Positions 33,992 through 37,661 of a stretch of 37,661 bases of DNA are shown piece by piece. Both the position numbers and the translations under genes were made by a program. A model generated the notes under the pieces. The model was not told where the DNA came from. It made no database searches and saw nothing but the letters and a program-made list of their open reading frames with translations. Positions within the stretch are counted from its first letter, which is position 1. The number at the start of each line of letters is the position of its first letter. The stretch is from a virus (Duplodnaviria; Heunggongvirae; Uroviricota; Caudoviricetes), in the IMG/VR virus record IMGVR_UViG_3300012943_000386, positions 1 to 37,661 of that record; one strand, given 5' to 3'.

Positions 33992-35021
33992 AGAGCCTTC
34001 TCAGCTGCTCGATCTTCCACTCCCTGAACTTCACGTCAAGCTCAGGCGTTCTTGCCTGCAGTACAGACTTGGCAATGACGTCGTCAACCTTGGCAAACTC
34101 TGCATTGAGGTAGTCAGTAGCCTCTTCAAGTGAGACCTCACCAGCCTTTACGCTTCGAATGTAATCTTTGTTTGGTCGTGGGAACAGGATGTAACCCTTC
34201 GTCGAGAGCTCAATTACCTGCTCAGTGATGCGGATGGCGTGGGAAAGTGCTTTCCAATCTACACCTTCACCCTCGAACTCCTTCACTCGATCACCGTAGT
34301 TGCCGAGCGACTTCTCAATCGACTTGACGATGGTGTGAATGCGGTTCGTCATTGAGTACTGCTTACCGCAGATTTCAATGCCTGGTGCTGGCTCGGTTCC
34401 ACCGGCAGCGTTCATGATCTCAATGCGCTTTACGTGCTGAAACTGTAGCAGCTCATGCATGAGCGTTGGTGTATCGTTGAGCGTCAGCTTCTCACGCTGC
34501 TCATTGGTCCATACGTTTGCCTGACCCCACTTGTTGAAGGTGCGCAGCACGTCACCAAGTGTGGAGTAGCGCTGGGTCTTCAGCCCGTAAAGACGGGACT
34601 GGGCAACGGCGTAGCCGACCATCTTCTTCACGTTGTTCGTGAGGAAGTTCTCAATGAGCCCATGCATCATTGCCTCAATGAAAATCACCTCTTCTCGAGT
34701 GAGATCATCATTCATAATGGCGAGCCCGTTGGTGGCGGCAAAGGCCACCTCAAGCGCATAGGTCTGTCCATCATAGAAGTCGTTGAAGAACACCTGCAGC
34801 GGCAGGTACTCAGTCTCAGTTCCACCGGCGATCATGCGATCGTGGTCAGACAGCCCTTCAGGCTTTTCCTTCTTGTTGATGATGCGCACATTCAGCAGCA
34901 CGTCATCAAGCGACGGCAAGCACACTGCCTTGTAGTCAAAGTCGGATGAAGGACCATTTGTTCCGTACAGGTGCGAACCCGTCAGGATTGAAAAGAGGGC
35001 AGTGTCTTTCTTGACCTTCAC
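33981..35021 (-). CDS. Pol-beta superfamily nucleotidyltransferase (Nuc-transf/RlaP-like)
   Basis: LTGSHLYGT...SDFDYKAV; KALSHAIR; FPRP. Confidence 0.85.
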   Translation of the reverse strand: MKVKKDTALFSILTGSHLYGTNGPSSDFDYKAVCLPSLDDVLLNVRIINKKEKPEGLSDHDRMIAGGTETEYLPLQVFFNDFYDGQTYALEVAFAATNGLAIMNDDLTREEVIFIEAMMHGLIENFLTNNVKKMVGYAVAQSRLYGLKTQRYSTLGDVLRTFNKWGQANVWTNEQREKLTLNDTPTLMHELLQFQHVKRIEIMNAAGGTEPAPGIEICGKQYSMTNRIHTIVKSIEKSLGNYGDRVKEFEGEGVDWKALSHAIRITEQVIELSTKGYILFPRPNKDYIRSVKAGEVSLEEATDYLNAEFAKVDDVIAKSVLQARTPELDVKFREWKIEQLRRLYGV

Positions 35022-35022
35022 G

Positions 35023-36153
35023 CTATGCTCCGATTACATTTCTGATCGTATCAACTCTTGCAGCAGCCATCGCTCTACCAATCTCTGGGCCTGTCAGGTG
35101 CATGAACCTATCTGCCTTGACATGCTGTGCGAATGCGCGTGCAGTAAACAGTCTCTGGGCTTCCAGCGGCCACTCATCACCAACGGCCTCAGCGAGGTGC
35201 ATTACCTGGATGAGGTCATTTGCTGTCGGTGCCTGCTCATCAAAGCCACGCACAGAATGCAGCAGTTGATACACACCTTCGGCGGTTGGCTTTGTCTCGC
35301 GCAGCTTGCGAACTGCCTGCGTCAGCTTCTTCACGTTGGTTGGAATAGCTGCAGACTTCTGCGCTGAGTTTTCTGCCACATGAGCAATGTAGAATGGCAG
35401 GCGCTCAACAGCCGCACACCTCCGAACCTCCTTCGCGAAGGCCAGAATAGTGTGTAGGTCGCACTGCATCTGACCAAACAGGTCATCCAGAAACTTCACG
35501 TCGAACCGCAGGGCTGCCTGCTTGTCGTGCATGAAGGCAACCGGTACCAGCACGTTCATTGCCATCAGCGCTGTGAAGAAGCGATCTGGGCGAACGCAGG
35601 TGCTGAACATCTTGTCGAGCTCAGCGTAGTAGCGCTCGTCAGACAGCTCGTTCATCTCACCGCTGGCAACGATCTTCTTGCACAGCTCGATGGTGCTGAA
35701 GTTGATGTCGAAGTCCGGCCATCGCGCGTAAAAGCGAGCCAGCCGGATCACGCGAAGTGGATCCTCAGCGAAGGCATCTGAGACGTGGCACAGCACGCCG
35801 TTCTTCAGGTCTGTGTAGCCGTCGATCGGGTCGACGATCTCGCCGGTCTCGATGTCCTTGGCGATCGCGTTGATGGTCAGATCGCGGCGCAGCAGATCGT
35901 CCTTGAGCGACACACTAGGGTCAAATGTGGTCTCGAAGCCGAGGTAGCCGGCAGCCACCTTACGCTCCTTGCGTGCGAGGGCGTACTGATCACCTTTTTC
36001 ATCCATGAAGACTGGGAAGTCGGCACCTACCTTCTTGTAGCCACGCGCCAGCATGTCGGCCTCGGTAGCGCCAACCACGACGTAGTCACGGTCATTGCTC
36101 TCCATGCCCATCAGTTCATCACGAACTGCACCGCCAACGAGGTAGACTTTCAT
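35023..36153 (-). CDS. cca: tRNA nucleotidyltransferase (CCA-adding, class II)
   Basis: VYLVGGAVRD, DRDYVV, VGADFPVF, DLLRRDLTINA, EDPLRVIRLARF. Confidence 0.92.
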   Translation of the reverse strand: MKVYLVGGAVRDELMGMESNDRDYVVVGATEADMLARGYKKVGADFPVFMDEKGDQYALARKERKVAAGYLGFETTFDPSVSLKDDLLRRDLTINAIAKDIETGEIVDPIDGYTDLKNGVLCHVSDAFAEDPLRVIRLARFYARWPDFDINFSTIELCKKIVASGEMNELSDERYYAELDKMFSTCVRPDRFFTALMAMNVLVPVAFMHDKQAALRFDVKFLDDLFGQMQCDLHTILAFAKEVRRCAAVERLPFYIAHVAENSAQKSAAIPTNVKKLTQAVRKLRETKPTAEGVYQLLHSVRGFDEQAPTANDLIQVMHLAEAVGDEWPLEAQRLFTARAFAQHVKADRFMHLTGPEIGRAMAAARVDTIRNVIGA

Positions 36154-36185
36154 TTTACATAATCCCTAGGTGGGTCTTGTAGCCC

Positions 36186-36215
36186 ATTCTAACCTGAACG
36201 TCGCCCAGCCTAAAC
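36186..36215 (-). promoter_or_regulatory. early promoter GTTTAG-N18-TAGAAT
   Basis: Member of the recurring family; upstream of cca. Confidence 0.55.
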
Positions 36216-36590
36216 TGTTCTGCGGAAGCCTGCCACCGTGTCGTTGCAGGCGCGGCATTGCCAGAGCGAGTGTCTAGCAACATCTTCACCAAGTTTTTGG
36301 CGCCAGTCGATGCACTCTTGACAAGTGCAGTAGGTCAGTTCGTTGTTGATGTGCAGCATCAATGGAAGTGGGCCAGGTTTCGCGAATGCGTTCGCCTTGA
36401 CAACGTTGTGCGCCAGCTGAGGCGTTGTTTTCTTACGATCCTCTGCCCTAAAAATAGGATCAGAGTAAACAACTTGAATTCCCTTTGGGGTAAACGAGAG
36501 CACCGTGCCAGTGATCATGCCCTTGTAATACGGTGGGTTGAATGCCACCGTATCACCTATGACAAGCTCTTGACCAAAGATGTCCTTCAC
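36210..36590 (-). CDS. hypothetical protein (126 aa)
   Basis: KDIFGQEL..GD.VAF N-terminus common in phage proteins; Cys-rich tail. Confidence 0.7.
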   Translation of the reverse strand: MKDIFGQELVIGDTVAFNPPYYKGMITGTVLSFTPKGIQVVYSDPIFRAEDRKKTTPQLAHNVVKANAFAKPGPLPLMLHINNELTYCTCQECIDWRQKLGEDVARHSLWQCRACNDTVAGFRRTV

Positions 36591-36820
36591 AGGCCAGCTG
36601 CCTCGAAGTCAGGCATCCACACGCCGTTGACCTTCTTCAACGGCGCATCACCTGGATCTTCTTCGACGATCCATTGACCGTTGAGCTTGCACCCATAGAT
36701 CTTCTCACCTTCTGGGCCATTCAACTTTGCGGCCAGCTCATTGGCTTCATTCTCGTCCTCGAGATATGCCGCAAGCTGCTGCGCTGCATGGTTGACCACG
36801 TTGAAGATCTTGACTTCCAT
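36587..36820 (-). CDS. hypothetical protein (77 aa)
   Basis: Coupled gene chain. Confidence 0.65.
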   Translation of the reverse strand: MEVKIFNVVNHAAQQLAAYLEDENEANELAAKLNGPEGEKIYGCKLNGQWIVEEDPGDAPLKKVNGVWMPDFEAAGL

Positions 36821-37528
36821 TTACAGTCCCTTGGTCGCGTTGGCAACCATGGCGCGGCTGACGGCCGAGAACACCGCGTCGAGAACGTTCGCTGCGATAC
36901 GGGTGATCTTCATCAGCAGGTCTGAGAAGAGCAGCGAGACAATGACGATCGGCCACTGGAACACCCAGATGGAGATGATGCCGACGTTTTCCTTGGCGCG
37001 CGGGGTCAGCGCGTCGACGATGGCAGTCGGCTTGTTGAAGTCGACATCATCAGTGTAGATATGCTTGCGCGACTGTGAACCGTATTCCAGCTTGTCCTTG
37101 TAGAAGCCGACGAAGGCAATGCGTTTTTCACAGTCAGTGAACGGCTGATCAGCATCGCGGGTCGGGTTACCATTGCGGTCCTGGCGAATATCGAGGAACT
37201 TCAACATCGCGGCCAAATCCTTGGTCATCGCCACATCAAACTTGGCCTTGATTGCCTTGATGCCCTTGATATGCTTGTAGCTGAAGATGATCCACTTGAC
37301 AACTGCGGTGCCAAGGCCAAGTACAATGTAGCCAGGCAGATACTTCGTCAGGATCGGCAGCCAGCCGGCCGAAGCAATGAAGTCCTTGATGTACGGCGTG
37401 CCAAAGTAGGCGACGGCGATGCTGGCGACCATGATACCGATGGACCAGTCATAGCGCTCATATGAGAACACGATAACATCGACTAGAAAGGCGAGCACAA
37501 GCAAAATGAGGATAGCAGTGGTAAGCAT
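36821..37528 (-). CDS. multi-pass membrane protein (235 aa)
   Basis: AGGAG RBS; four hydrophobic segments. Confidence 0.8.
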   Translation of the reverse strand: MLTTAILILLVLAFLVDVIVFSYERYDWSIGIMVASIAVAYFGTPYIKDFIASAGWLPILTKYLPGYIVLGLGTAVVKWIIFSYKHIKGIKAIKAKFDVAMTKDLAAMLKFLDIRQDRNGNPTRDADQPFTDCEKRIAFVGFYKDKLEYGSQSRKHIYTDDVDFNKPTAIVDALTPRAKENVGIISIWVFQWPIVIVSLLFSDLLMKITRIAANVLDAVFSAVSRAMVANATKGL

Positions 37529-37537
37529 CGATATCTC

Positions 37538-37661
37538 CTAGCGTTGATTTTTTCCGATTTTGACAATTTCTGTTGACGAAACAAGCTTGGCACCTGCACC
37601 CAAGGCCACCATCTGCTGGTCAGATGTGATGTCGTAGTGCGATGCAACTCGGTGCTTGTGG
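37538..37661 (-). CDS. C-terminal fragment of a DUF4031-like protein (runs off the window)
   Basis: Hand translation HKHRVASHYDITSDQQMVALGAGAKLVSSTEIVKIGKNQR*; HYD...A...GA motif. Confidence 0.6.
   Translation of the reverse strand, partial: HKHRVASHYDITSDQQMVALGAGAKLVSSTEIVKIGKNQR

Overview
This window looks like part of a large lytic phage genome with T4-like promoter grammar. Early promoters read GT(T/G)TAC-N18-TA(G/C/T)AAT and late promoters read (TA)TAAATA. The host is probably a proteobacterium. No integrase, CRISPR array or IS element is visible. From left to right: (1) a minus-strand tRNA array (Leu x3, Gly, Tyr x2, Val, Met) interleaved with several non-standard RNAs, namely tRNAs carrying structured insertions, a 126-nt tRNA-like RNA and three covarying copies of a stem-bulge RNA with an invariant UUAUC; (2) an ~8 kb small-molecule biosynthetic-like cluster (HXXXD acyltransferase, O-methyltransferase, CmoA-like methyltransferase, MFS transporter, two acyl-adenylate/CoA ligases and an orphan gene), with a phage-type TAAATA motif before each unit; (3) an NDP-sugar dehydrogenase, a PurA-like enzyme, a vWA protein and an NAD salvage pair (NAMPT plus NMNAT-Nudix); (4) GroES and a circularly permuted two-piece tmRNA; (5) many small early genes, a metallophosphoesterase, an ATP-dependent DNA ligase, an SprT protease, a Pol-beta-like nucleotidyltransferase and a CCA-adding enzyme. 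All RNA folds and motif alignments were done by eye and no databases were searched. The strongest candidates for undescribed biology are the phage-wired biosynthetic/export cluster and the unusual ncRNAs in the tRNA array.
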